This document shows, one piece after another, positions 1-8,138 of a DNA stretch of 20,000 bases (position 1 is its first letter; the number at the start of each line of letters is the position of its first letter). The notes beneath the pieces were generated by a model. The model worked only from the letters and a program-made list of their open reading frames with translations, searched no databases and had not been told where the DNA came from. A program made the position numbers and the translations under genes. Source of the DNA: an uncultured virus (IMG/VR IMGVR_UViG_3300001346_000011) (taxonomy: Duplodnaviria; Heunggongvirae; Uroviricota; Caudoviricetes; Kyanoviridae); IMG/VR virus record IMGVR_UViG_3300001346_000011, positions 51,576 to 71,575 of that record, one strand, 5' to 3'.

Positions 1-735
1 AGCATATGGATCATTTTGGTGAGTTCCTGATTTAGAGTCATCACCGTTGGTTGCTACGTATATTACTTTACCTGGACGTGCTGTTAAGTTTAGTCCTTGT
101 ACAGTGATGTTTCCTGATAGTGCCAGGTTGTCCACTGTTAAATTGTTGGCATATGCTTCATTCCAACGTTTTGCCGCAGTTCCTAAATTGTATGTGTCAC
201 TGGCATCAGGTATTATGTTTGATGTGATGTCAGCATTGATTGTGATTGAATCTGTGTCATTATCACCAATAGTGATGTTACCATCTGCTCTAATGTTTCC
301 TGTTGCGTGAATATTTCCTTGTACTTCTGTGTTACCTATAATATCTACAACACCTGTTCCGCTGGTTATAATCTCAAAGTTTTGGTTGGTATCAGTTGCT
401 CTGATAGTGTTGTTAGTGATCACAAGATCATCTACATGAATTTCATTGTTGTACACAATGCCGTCTACGGCTGAAAAATTTAATTGTGATGATGTGGTTG
501 AAATTGTGTTGCCAGTTACTGTGATATTGCCTACGTCTACTTGTCCAGTAACTTCTGCATTTGTTGTACGTGCTGTTCCGTTTATATCTAGCGGATATTG
601 AGGAGTGCTGGTCTTAACACCAATCCTGTTGTTATTAACATCAATGTATAACAAGTTAGTCTCAAAAGCCAAATCTGCTCCATTACGCAGAAGATTGGAC
701 TTCAAGAGCTGACCTGATATTCGACCTACAGCCAT
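1..735 (-). CDS. Large virion fibre/structural protein, N-terminal part (runs off the window); paralog of 910..5040
   Basis: Not in the ORF track. Manual translation from the ATG at 735 (SD AAAGGAG upstream) gives MAVGRISGQLLKSNLLRNGADLAFETNLLYIDVNNNRIGVKT...GNIHATGNIRADGNITIGD...YNLGTAAKRW...IYVATNGDDSKSGTHQNDPYA, open to base 1. It shares the N-terminus and module order of the 1376-aa protein. Confidence 0.85.
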   Translation of the reverse strand, partial: MAVGRISGQLLKSNLLRNGADLAFETNLLYIDVNNNRIGVKTSTPQYPLDINGTARTTNAEVTGQVDVGNITVTGNTISTTSSQLNFSAVDGIVYNNEIHVDDLVITNNTIRATDTNQNFEIITSGTGVVDIIGNTEVQGNIHATGNIRADGNITIGDNDTDSITINADITSNIIPDASDTYNLGTAAKRWNEAYANNLTVDNLALSGNITVQGLNLTARPGKVIYVATNGDDSKSGTHQNDPYA

Positions 736-750
736 TGTTTTTGCTCCTTT

Positions 751-860
751 ATAGCACGGGGATCTTGTCCCACCAACCTGATTTTCACCTTACATTATTC
801 ATAAGTTCTTCGTCGGTTGACCACGGTTTGTCCTGCTGAATCTGGTCAGATTCTGCATTA
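751..860 (-). ncRNA. Candidate structured 5' leader (cis-regulatory RNA) of the fibre gene starting at 735
   Basis: Lies between ATAAATA (865-871) and the SD. Contains hairpin GAATCT-gacc-AGATTC, long stem CAACC/GGTTG enclosing CTTAT/GTAAG, and hairpin GGGA-caaga-TCCC. More GC-rich than the flanks. Confidence 0.45.
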
Positions 861-864
861 GTAT

Positions 865-871
865 TATTTAT
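865..871 (-). promoter_or_regulatory. T4-like late promoter motif (ATAAATA)
   Basis: Resembles T4 late TATAAATA; the TAAATA core recurs upstream of many structural genes in the window. Confidence 0.6.
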
Positions 872-909
872 CGGTCTTTTGGTATTATATTGTACAAGGT
901 TAATTTATA

Positions 910-3900
910 CTAGTTTAATATGAGGTTGTAAACCACATTGAGTTCAGCCGCAATTTCGTCTGTAACTGTGACAGATTGCACACCAATTGAAGAAACCCAA
1001 CCATCCACTGCTCCAGCATACACTTCTAAAAGACCACTGTCTGAGTTCCACCATATTGCTCCTAGTCTAGCAGTTATGGCATCACGTTGTACAGTTGTTC
1101 CAAATGGTCCTATATATCCGTTGGTTGAATCAAATGATATTGTTCTATTTTGTTTTAACCCTGTTCCTGTGAATGTGATATCTTGGTTGACTAATTTGTT
1201 CTCAATAGTTGCCCCAGAAATTTCAAGATTAGCAGTGTCTAGCACCACTTTACCAGTTCCGTTTGCTGTGAAACCTGCTTGAGGATTTGAGGCACTGCCC
1301 ACACCTATCGTGTTGCCATTAATAGCAACCTGATCTTGACTAGAAAAACTAGGCACAATTAAGTTACCTGCACCGTCTATTTCACCAGCATATCCATTGG
1401 CTGTGTAAAAAGTAAATTTGTTACTGCTTAAATCAATATTAGTGTCTCGGTCACCATCTTTTATTCCATTCAGTGCTATTTTACCTGTTGAAAATAATTC
1501 AAATTCATTTATACTTGAATCAAACCTTACAGCATTTCCTTGATTAGGATTTTGTGCTGAGGTTCCTGATGGTAGAGATAGATGACTTGTGGAGTTAATT
1601 ATTGTGTTGGTTGTTCCTCCACTAAATGCAACATCTCCTGATGCAGATGTTATATTTGTTTTGAATCCAACAGTGCCTAAATTAACTTTACCTATACCAC
1701 TTGCTCTCAATTCTAATTGTGAATTTGTGTCTGTGGTTTGAATAGTATTATTGTGAATATCAATATTGTCTAAAGTTATTCTTGATGAATTTGTTTCTTT
1801 CCAATTTTTTGTTGCACTACCTATATTGCTTTGAGTATCTTGACTTGGTAGTAAATCTTGTTCAAAATCCATTGCAAAATTTACAGTGTCTCCAGCATCA
1901 TTTCCAAAATTTAATCCTGATCCACCTATTGTGGCATTTCCTGTGATATCAACTTTAGGCATTAAAACATTTGCAGTTAAATTTACAGCATTGGATGATC
2001 CAACAGCACCTATCGAGAAACTGTTGTTTAATGTTTGAATTGTGTTGTTAGAAATTCTAAAATTTGGTACATCTATTTTTGTAGCATCAACAAGAGTTTC
2101 TTTACCTTGTACACCAACTGTCAATGTTGACGCACCTAATTCTCCATCATTCACTGCTATTGAAGTTGTACCTTTTCCTAAATCTACAATAAAATTATCG
2201 CCAACTCTAAAATCTCCGCCTTGGTCTTGACTTACAAAATGAACTCTTGCATTATTTGTTGTTACAACTTCATTTGTTTGATCAATAGTGTCTACATCAT
2301 TTTCTACATTTTTTCCTGAACCAACATAAGCAAAGTTATGACTGATCAGATATGCTAAACTTCCATTACCATCTGCTACAACACCCTGATTACCATAGAT
2401 TGTTGCACTTGCAATTACTCTTGCTTCGGTCATTGTGCCTTCTGTTACAGCATTTGCAGTTGCACTTTTAAATAGATGTGCTGTTACGTTGCTTGATATA
2501 CCAACGTTACAAGTAATAGATGTAGCAGTTGTTTCTGTGATTGTAATTTTTTTACCTGAATAAGGATCTGATGGTCTTGGGTAAGTGTGATCTGTTGCAT
2601 GACCATCCATAGCACACGTGAAAGTTAAACTGTTGTCTGCAATAGTAATTGTTTCGTTAACTCTTATTGCGTGGTTGCCGATAGTTAAAGTCATTACACC
2701 AGTTGCAGGATTATAACTTCCCGCTGTTGGAGTGTATTGATTTAATGTGTGTTGTAGATACAAACCTCTATTTGCAAAGTAAGTAAAGCAATTGATAAAC
2801 TCTATTTTTGATCCGTTTTTAACTGTTACTGCATCTGCACCCGGAGTAATAAATGTAACCATATTGAATAACATTGATGTTCTTGGTGACGCTGTATCTA
2901 AAACATCGCTATCTACCAATGCGCCTCTACCTGCATCTCCTGAATCAAATCCTCTTGGGTCAGTTGCTGTTCGTGTGTCTCCTTGTGTTACCACTGAAAC
3001 ATTTTGTACGTATGGTGATTTTGTTACAATGCCGGCATTGTCTGAAAATCTAAAACCGTAACCACGATCAGTGTTTGCATCGTAATGGAAATCTTTAACA
3101 GTTAAATCCGTTACAACTGATGCATCATTCATTAAAAATGCATCTTGATATCTATTAGGCACATCTGGTTTGATTGTAACTGATCTGATGCCTGCACCTT
3201 TAACTGTGACATTTGCTGGTACTTCTAATGGAAATTGTTCTGTGTATGTGCCAGGTAAAATGTGTAGTTCATGTGGACCTGCTGTGCTTTCTTCAATGTA
3301 TGACAATGCATGACGTATTGTTCCAAACGCAAAGTTAGGGTGATTACCTGCCAGTTGATCTGTACCATTTGTACTCACATACCATTTGTTTGCAATACCC
3401 AAGTTAACAGCAACACCTGATAAAGAAATTGTGTTATCGATTGTGATATCATTCAAACCTGTCATGGTTTGTACGTGCATATCTCCCCAACGTTGACCGT
3501 CGGAACCTATGTCATATGTGCTAGTAACATCTGGAATCAAATCAGATTCTATGTCACCATTGAAACTTAAAGTATCTTCTGGACCATCACCGCCTATAAA
3601 AATATTTCCATCAAAAGAAATATCTCCTGTGGCATGAATATTTCCTGTGGTGTTTAGGTCCGATGGAATTATTACTTTACCTGTTGTTGCTCCACCAACA
3701 GAAGTTGGAACATATCCCGATGCACCTGCTAGACTTGGATCGTCTTGTGCTGGTGTGTTACCATCTTGGAATATGCTTCTAATTGTTGCAAGTGACGGTT
3801 TACTAATAACCGGAGCAATGTATGTGTTATGAAATGCATAACCTAACGGATTGTTTGTTTGAATGCCTGCTTGTGTACGCATATCGTCTGTCCATTCCGG

Positions 3901-5040
3901 AGCAAGACTTCCACCGTCCCATAATTCTGTGTATTCAAACATAGCAAAGTTTAGTAGGAACAAATATTCTTTTGCGGCTACTTCAAATGCATCTGCATCT
4001 GTTTTCCAATCATCTGGATTTACTTGATAACCTGATGGATCCCACTTGCCGGCATCGTATGCTTCTTCCATTGCGGCATACAAATCACCTGTCTGCCAAT
4101 CAGCGGCTAAGAACTGATATAGTTTTATATCATCTGCAGGTAAACCATGCATGTGTAGTGTGTGGAATACGTGTTCAATAACTTCTTGTGCGTCTATATC
4201 ACCGTCGCCATAGCCGTCACCAGTTGAGTTTAAATACCACACCATATCATTTTGTACGTGAGTATCAAACAAGTTGGTTAGGTTCCAACTAATAACACCT
4301 GCGTCAGTTAAGAAGTTTGGAGTATAATCTGCTCCTGCACCTCTGGCTACTCTTTGTATAGTTGGCTGGCCTGCGTGATAAGTTCCTGTGTCACCACTTA
4401 ATGTTTTAATTAACGCTCTTTGATATGATTGGTTAATGCCTGCACCAGTTGAGTCTGTAAACAATTCAAACATACGTGCTACTTTTTCTAACCACGCATC
4501 TGGAACTGCTGTTTGTCCACCTACTGTGCCAGCACCCATAACTCTTACACCATTAACAGTAACTTCGCGTTTAAAGAAATCGCTACCATCACCTGTGACA
4601 TTAATGATTGTGCCATTGTTATATTCTGCATCTGCTACTCCACCGCCTGCACCAGGACCTGGTTCGATTCTGATATCTCCACCATTGTATGCTCTAATTC
4701 CACTGTTGGTGAATGCTAAATTTCCTGTACGCAATTCCGTCATTTGGAAATTTGTTGTCGCAACCATATTGATTGGACCAGTCAATGTGGAAAATGTGTC
4801 TGTTGGTCCGTCTATGTTGATGTTTCCAATTGAGGCTGAGTTTGTGGCAATTAAATTGCCTCTGTAAATTGCATCACCGGATACTAGAAATTCTCTTGTA
4901 GGAGCATCATTTTTGACACCTATTCTGTTGTTGATAACGTCAATGTACAATAGATTGGTTTCAAAAGCCAAATCTGATGTTCTCGTAAGATTTGCCTTCA
5001 ATAATGGTCCCGATATTCTACCTACATTGGTTACTGCCAT
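910..5040 (-). CDS. 1376-aa mosaic tail-fibre/virion protein with a pectin-lyase-like beta-helix and an inserted zincin-like domain
   Basis: SD AAGGAG; G/N/T/I-rich fibre repeats. Beta-helix entry motif WYVSTNGTD...GTIRHAL...ILPGTYTEQFPLEVPANVTVKG. Motifs LPSGTSAQNP..G.VRFD and PFGTTVQR...G.IWWN are typical of phage fibre proteins. Confidence 0.8.
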   Translation of the reverse strand: MAVTNVGRISGPLLKANLTRTSDLAFETNLLYIDVINNRIGVKNDAPTREFLVSGDAIYRGNLIATNSASIGNINIDGPTDTFSTLTGPINMVATTNFQMTELRTGNLAFTNSGIRAYNGGDIRIEPGPGAGGGVADAEYNNGTIINVTGDGSDFFKREVTVNGVRVMGAGTVGGQTAVPDAWLEKVARMFELFTDSTGAGINQSYQRALIKTLSGDTGTYHAGQPTIQRVARGAGADYTPNFLTDAGVISWNLTNLFDTHVQNDMVWYLNSTGDGYGDGDIDAQEVIEHVFHTLHMHGLPADDIKLYQFLAADWQTGDLYAAMEEAYDAGKWDPSGYQVNPDDWKTDADAFEVAAKEYLFLLNFAMFEYTELWDGGSLAPEWTDDMRTQAGIQTNNPLGYAFHNTYIAPVISKPSLATIRSIFQDGNTPAQDDPSLAGASGYVPTSVGGATTGKVIIPSDLNTTGNIHATGDISFDGNIFIGGDGPEDTLSFNGDIESDLIPDVTSTYDIGSDGQRWGDMHVQTMTGLNDITIDNTISLSGVAVNLGIANKWYVSTNGTDQLAGNHPNFAFGTIRHALSYIEESTAGPHELHILPGTYTEQFPLEVPANVTVKGAGIRSVTIKPDVPNRYQDAFLMNDASVVTDLTVKDFHYDANTDRGYGFRFSDNAGIVTKSPYVQNVSVVTQGDTRTATDPRGFDSGDAGRGALVDSDVLDTASPRTSMLFNMVTFITPGADAVTVKNGSKIEFINCFTYFANRGLYLQHTLNQYTPTAGSYNPATGVMTLTIGNHAIRVNETITIADNSLTFTCAMDGHATDHTYPRPSDPYSGKKITITETTATSITCNVGISSNVTAHLFKSATANAVTEGTMTEARVIASATIYGNQGVVADGNGSLAYLISHNFAYVGSGKNVENDVDTIDQTNEVVTTNNARVHFVSQDQGGDFRVGDNFIVDLGKGTTSIAVNDGELGASTLTVGVQGKETLVDATKIDVPNFRISNNTIQTLNNSFSIGAVGSSNAVNLTANVLMPKVDITGNATIGGSGLNFGNDAGDTVNFAMDFEQDLLPSQDTQSNIGSATKNWKETNSSRITLDNIDIHNNTIQTTDTNSQLELRASGIGKVNLGTVGFKTNITSASGDVAFSGGTTNTIINSTSHLSLPSGTSAQNPNQGNAVRFDSSINEFELFSTGKIALNGIKDGDRDTNIDLSSNKFTFYTANGYAGEIDGAGNLIVPSFSSQDQVAINGNTIGVGSASNPQAGFTANGTGKVVLDTANLEISGATIENKLVNQDITFTGTGLKQNRTISFDSTNGYIGPFGTTVQRDAITARLGAIWWNSDSGLLEVYAGAVDGWVSSIGVQSVTVTDEIAAELNVVYNLILN

Positions 5041-5056
5041 GTGACTCCTTTTTTAG

Positions 5057-5063
5057 TATTTAT
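5057..5063 (-). promoter_or_regulatory. T4-like late promoter motif (ATAAATA)
   Basis: Minus strand reads caATAAATActaaaaaaggagtcacATG. Confidence 0.65.
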
Positions 5064-5081
5064 TGATTTTTGGTAAAGGAA

Positions 5082-5879
5082 TTATTTGTCAAAGTTGTGT
5101 AAAACAGTGACTGGTTTTCCTGTAGGAACTGCTGTTCCAAATGTTATGTACTGACCTGATGGATACGATGCGTTTGTGATTGAACTTTTTCCATCCACAT
5201 TGAATGTGTTTCCACCAACTGAATTGGCTTCTGTAAACAACAATTGATCAACACTTAAATGACTTGGTGTTACTGCTGTTACTGTGTATGTTCCGTTGTT
5301 GGTTTGTGAACCTGTAACAACAATTTCTTGTCCAATATGATAACCTTTTGATTGCCAATCAATCAATGCCGCATTAGCACTTACAAAAGCACCAACACCT
5401 GTTGAATTGTAATCTCTCACTGCACTTATGATGTTGCTGTTCACATCACATGGATTTTGTGTCAATGTGTAGTTGGTGTTTGGAATCTGTAAAACATTTT
5501 CCACCATCACTAAAATATTTTCTGGTGCTTGTGGATATCCTAATCCTGATCCAAATCCATCGTCAAGCAATCCAAAATTAACTTCTGTGTCATCACCATT
5601 ACTTAAATTTTGTATCACAATATTTTGTGGCTCAGATAATCTAAACTGTTTCCATACTGGAGCACCGCCGCCTAATGATTCATAAACTTCAAGTTGTCTC
5701 AATGTTGTGTTGAATCTTAATTGTCCTTCAATTGGTGCAACAGGACGTTCTGCTTGAGTTCCTTTAGGAACTAAAAATGCACCTGTTGAAGATGCTTCAA
5801 TTGTTTCGTACTGAGTGTATATTAAACCTTTACCGTTTAATAATCTTTTATTAGTGGATTGACGTTTTAGATATCTCAT
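5082..5879 (-). CDS. Virion structural protein (265 aa)
   Basis: VPKGTQAERP...GQLRFNTT..LEVY and ILVMVENVLQIP..NYTL...ITFGTAVP motifs of T4-like fibre/baseplate-associated proteins; start overlaps the upstream stop (TAATG). Confidence 0.7.
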   Translation of the reverse strand: MRYLKRQSTNKRLLNGKGLIYTQYETIEASSTGAFLVPKGTQAERPVAPIEGQLRFNTTLRQLEVYESLGGGAPVWKQFRLSEPQNIVIQNLSNGDDTEVNFGLLDDGFGSGLGYPQAPENILVMVENVLQIPNTNYTLTQNPCDVNSNIISAVRDYNSTGVGAFVSANAALIDWQSKGYHIGQEIVVTGSQTNNGTYTVTAVTPSHLSVDQLLFTEANSVGGNTFNVDGKSSITNASYPSGQYITFGTAVPTGKPVTVLHNFDK

Positions 5880-6205
5880 TACACCTCCAAGTAACTGACC
5901 ACAACTGATAAGTTGTTAGCACCTGATTGAGCAACTTTAATAACGTCACCAGCACCCAACACTATTTTTTCTGAATCTAGTGTGAATGTTTCTGCTCCTG
6001 GTAGTAATGCGTTGTTCACTATCATTGATTGGTTTGCAACGTAGGCTCCAGTTACAGCATACAGAGTAAAGTTACTGTCTTCACCTCCTGTAGCATCTTC
6101 TGGACCAACATTTGTGATCAATATAGATGTAACAGCATAACTTTTACCTGCAGGTACTGTGAGAACATCTTGTGTTCCATTTACGTTTGCGTTTGTTATT
6201 GCCAT
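5879..6205 (-). CDS. Small beta-rich virion protein (108 aa)
   Basis: SD AGGAG; TVPAG...SILITN...EKIVLGAGDVIKV...VVSYLEV pattern; located among structural genes. Confidence 0.65.
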   Translation of the reverse strand: MAITNANVNGTQDVLTVPAGKSYAVTSILITNVGPEDATGGEDSNFTLYAVTGAYVANQSMIVNNALLPGAETFTLDSEKIVLGAGDVIKVAQSGANNLSVVVSYLEV

Positions 6206-6215
6206 TGTTTCTCCT

Positions 6216-7247
6216 TTAAAAAATTAATCCAAAAAGTAGTGCTCTGTTCTTGCTGATCACTTCTCCTCTTGTGTCATTAGTATTTACAAAATATAATCCT
6301 GTATCTCCACCAGATGGTGTTTTTGCATACAATTTAACGCCATTGGCGTCATACAACGGGTCTATTGCTGAATCTTGCACACTTGGTCTGTTGCCAATCA
6401 CAAATGAATCATTTGCCCTTACTGACCCCGTTCCCGGTGCAACCAGCTCTAAATCTTCATTTGAATTAAGACTGCTGATGGTGTCACCTTCGATTCTTAT
6501 GCTACCAATATCTGTGGTTTGTTGATACAATTCTAATCTAGTTGGTTCCCATAATCCTAATAAATTGTTATCAATTTTGATTTCAATTTTTGATGTGTTG
6601 CCTGATGAACTGTTGTCTGTGATTTTAACTTCTGTGTCACCGTCTACAATTCTAGGAAATGCCGCGCCAATCACAACTGCGTTGATTTCGTCATCAACAT
6701 ATTTTTTATTTGGAATATCATTGTCATCATTCATTCTAGTGATGTATGTTGCAGGAGCGATACTTGAACCCAATCTCAATGTGCCTGTTCCGCCTGGCTC
6801 AAAATAAATTGCATTGTTGTTGTTGATGTTGGACACTCTCAATGCCATTATGTCATTGCCGTCTGATGAAGAAACTTTGAAAGATCCGTAACCTGGACCT
6901 TGAGGTCCGCCTGCACTTGGACCTTGTGAAATTGTTTGTGTGCTTGGATTGTTCCAAGCAATTGATTCATCGTAAACCATATGAACATCATTTTGTGTTC
7001 CTCTGTCTACTTCAATACCTGCTTGATAATTATTGACTGCATTAACACCACTGCCTGCTTCTCCCGAATTAAGTGTGATAATATTGTCTGTGATTGTGGT
7101 CACAGTTGATTCAACTGTGGTCATAGTACCTTGTACTGTTAAATTACCTTTAACTAAAGTTGCCGACGAATCTAATTCGATTATGTTCGTGGCATCTGCT
7201 ACTTTAATTTTGTAATTACCTGTTTCTAAATAAACTGTTTTTGCCAT
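6216..7247 (-). CDS. Virion structural/fibre-like protein (343 aa)
   Basis: VKGNLTVQGTMTTVES...DNIITLN..E.G.G...AGIEVDRG and IPNKKYVDD motifs, common in phage fibre proteins. Confidence 0.7.
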   Translation of the reverse strand: MAKTVYLETGNYKIKVADATNIIELDSSATLVKGNLTVQGTMTTVESTVTTITDNIITLNSGEAGSGVNAVNNYQAGIEVDRGTQNDVHMVYDESIAWNNPSTQTISQGPSAGGPQGPGYGSFKVSSSDGNDIMALRVSNINNNNAIYFEPGGTGTLRLGSSIAPATYITRMNDDNDIPNKKYVDDEINAVVIGAAFPRIVDGDTEVKITDNSSSGNTSKIEIKIDNNLLGLWEPTRLELYQQTTDIGSIRIEGDTISSLNSNEDLELVAPGTGSVRANDSFVIGNRPSVQDSAIDPLYDANGVKLYAKTPSGGDTGLYFVNTNDTRGEVISKNRALLFGLIF

Positions 7248-7262
7248 AGTTTTTTATAATTC

Positions 7263-7282
7263 AGGGAGTGTTGCCACTCCCT
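7263..7282 (-). terminator. Intergenic hairpin (weak terminator or stabilising stem)
   Basis: AGGGAGTG-GCAA-CACTCCCT, an 8-bp stem with a GNRA loop, but no clear U-tract. Confidence 0.45.
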
Positions 7283-7297
7283 AAACTGTATTTTATA

Positions 7298-7756
7298 TTA
7301 TGCGTCGTCTGTGAAGTCGTCGTCATCTGTGTTAGCAACGTCGTCATCACCCGCTTCTTCAACTTTAACTTTTCCAGAACTAGCCGTCGCAAAATCCCAT
7401 GCAAGTTTTGTTCCATCTAATGCATTTGATCCTGTTGCACTTGGTTGTGCTACTGTTAAAGTACGTCCTGAAATTTTACTTACACCGTAAGTTTCATTGT
7501 CAGAACCTTGTACTGAAATTGTCATTTCACCTGCAACTAAAGCCGCTGGTAATTTGCCAGTTGTTAACGTACAAGTAACCTCAGTATCTGTGGCACCTGT
7601 TTCAGCAACAACAAACTTTTTAGTTCCTTTTTGTCTGACAATAGTACCTTCTACAACACTTGATCCATTGTGAAAGTTAACTTTGATTTCATTTGCACCA
7701 GCAGTTGCACCGCCAGCCGCTGTTGTAAACAGTCTTTTATTAAGTGGTCGTCCCAT
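7298..7756 (-). CDS. Hypothetical late protein (152 aa), probably virion-associated, with an acidic C-terminal tail
   Basis: Strong SD AAGGAG; MGRPLNKR start; IVRQKGTKKFVV; ends DDDVANTDDDDFTDDA. Confidence 0.7.
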   Translation of the reverse strand: MGRPLNKRLFTTAAGGATAGANEIKVNFHNGSSVVEGTIVRQKGTKKFVVAETGATDTEVTCTLTTGKLPAALVAGEMTISVQGSDNETYGVSKISGRTLTVAQPSATGSNALDGTKLAWDFATASSGKVKVEEAGDDDVANTDDDDFTDDA

Positions 7757-7769
7757 TTGTTTTCTCCTT

Positions 7770-7861
7770 TTTTAGAAGTCCAATCCGGGTTCTAGCCGGT
7801 ACGCAGTGGGTTAATACTGCATAAGACTTTGACACTAGTCAAAGTGCGTTTGAACTAAAGG
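7770..7861 (-). ncRNA. Candidate four-way-junction 5' leader RNA
   Basis: P1 AGTTCAA/TTGGACT encloses CTTTGAC-tagt-GTCAAAG, TATGCAGT-attaaccc-ACTGCGTA and CCGG-ctagaac-CCGG; lies between a late motif and the SD. Confidence 0.55.
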
Positions 7862-7868
7862 TATTTAT
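7862..7868 (-). promoter_or_regulatory. T4-like late promoter motif (ATAAATA)
   Basis: cgATAAATAcc, overlapping the stop codon of the 90-aa ORF. Confidence 0.6.
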
Positions 7869-8137
7869 CGTTTGCTGAGTGATGCTATCAGTTCAACTTT
7901 TGAGAATTTTTTTGCTAAATTTATGGCTTCCACAAGCACAGCATTGGCTTGTTCTAGATAGTGATCTCGCTTGGTTCTGCGATAATCTATCAATATTGTG
8001 GTGTATTCGTCATACATTTTGTTCAGTGTGTTTTCTAATTTTTTAATGTCTTTGATGAACATGCCATGATTTTTCTTCCAAACCTGCAGTCTGTCCATGT
8101 ACTCTCTGAATTCTAATAATATCTGTTCGTGTTCCAT
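7865..8137 (-). CDS. Hypothetical helical protein (90 aa)
   Basis: ATG begins 1 nt after the hemB stop (TAAtATG); amphipathic helical sequence; no recognised motif. Confidence 0.65.
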   Translation of the reverse strand: MEHEQILLEFREYMDRLQVWKKNHGMFIKDIKKLENTLNKMYDEYTTILIDYRRTKRDHYLEQANAVLVEAINLAKKFSKVELIASLSKR

Positions 8138-8138
8138 A

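Noticed and set aside
775..850. Hammerhead ribozyme resemblance (CCGACGA...GAAA on the minus strand)
   Set aside because: The core should be CUGANGA, and stems I and III cannot be formed convincingly.
3688..4650. Intein or intron as the explanation for the fibre insertion
   Set aside because: No Cys/Ser start with His-Asn end, no LAGLIDADG or HNH motifs; the frame is continuous with Gly linkers.
7777..7856. Genuine tRNA gene
   Set aside because: Arm lengths are wrong (7- and 8-bp arms, 8-nt loop), with no GTTC T-loop, D-loop GG or CCA; kept only as a structured leader.
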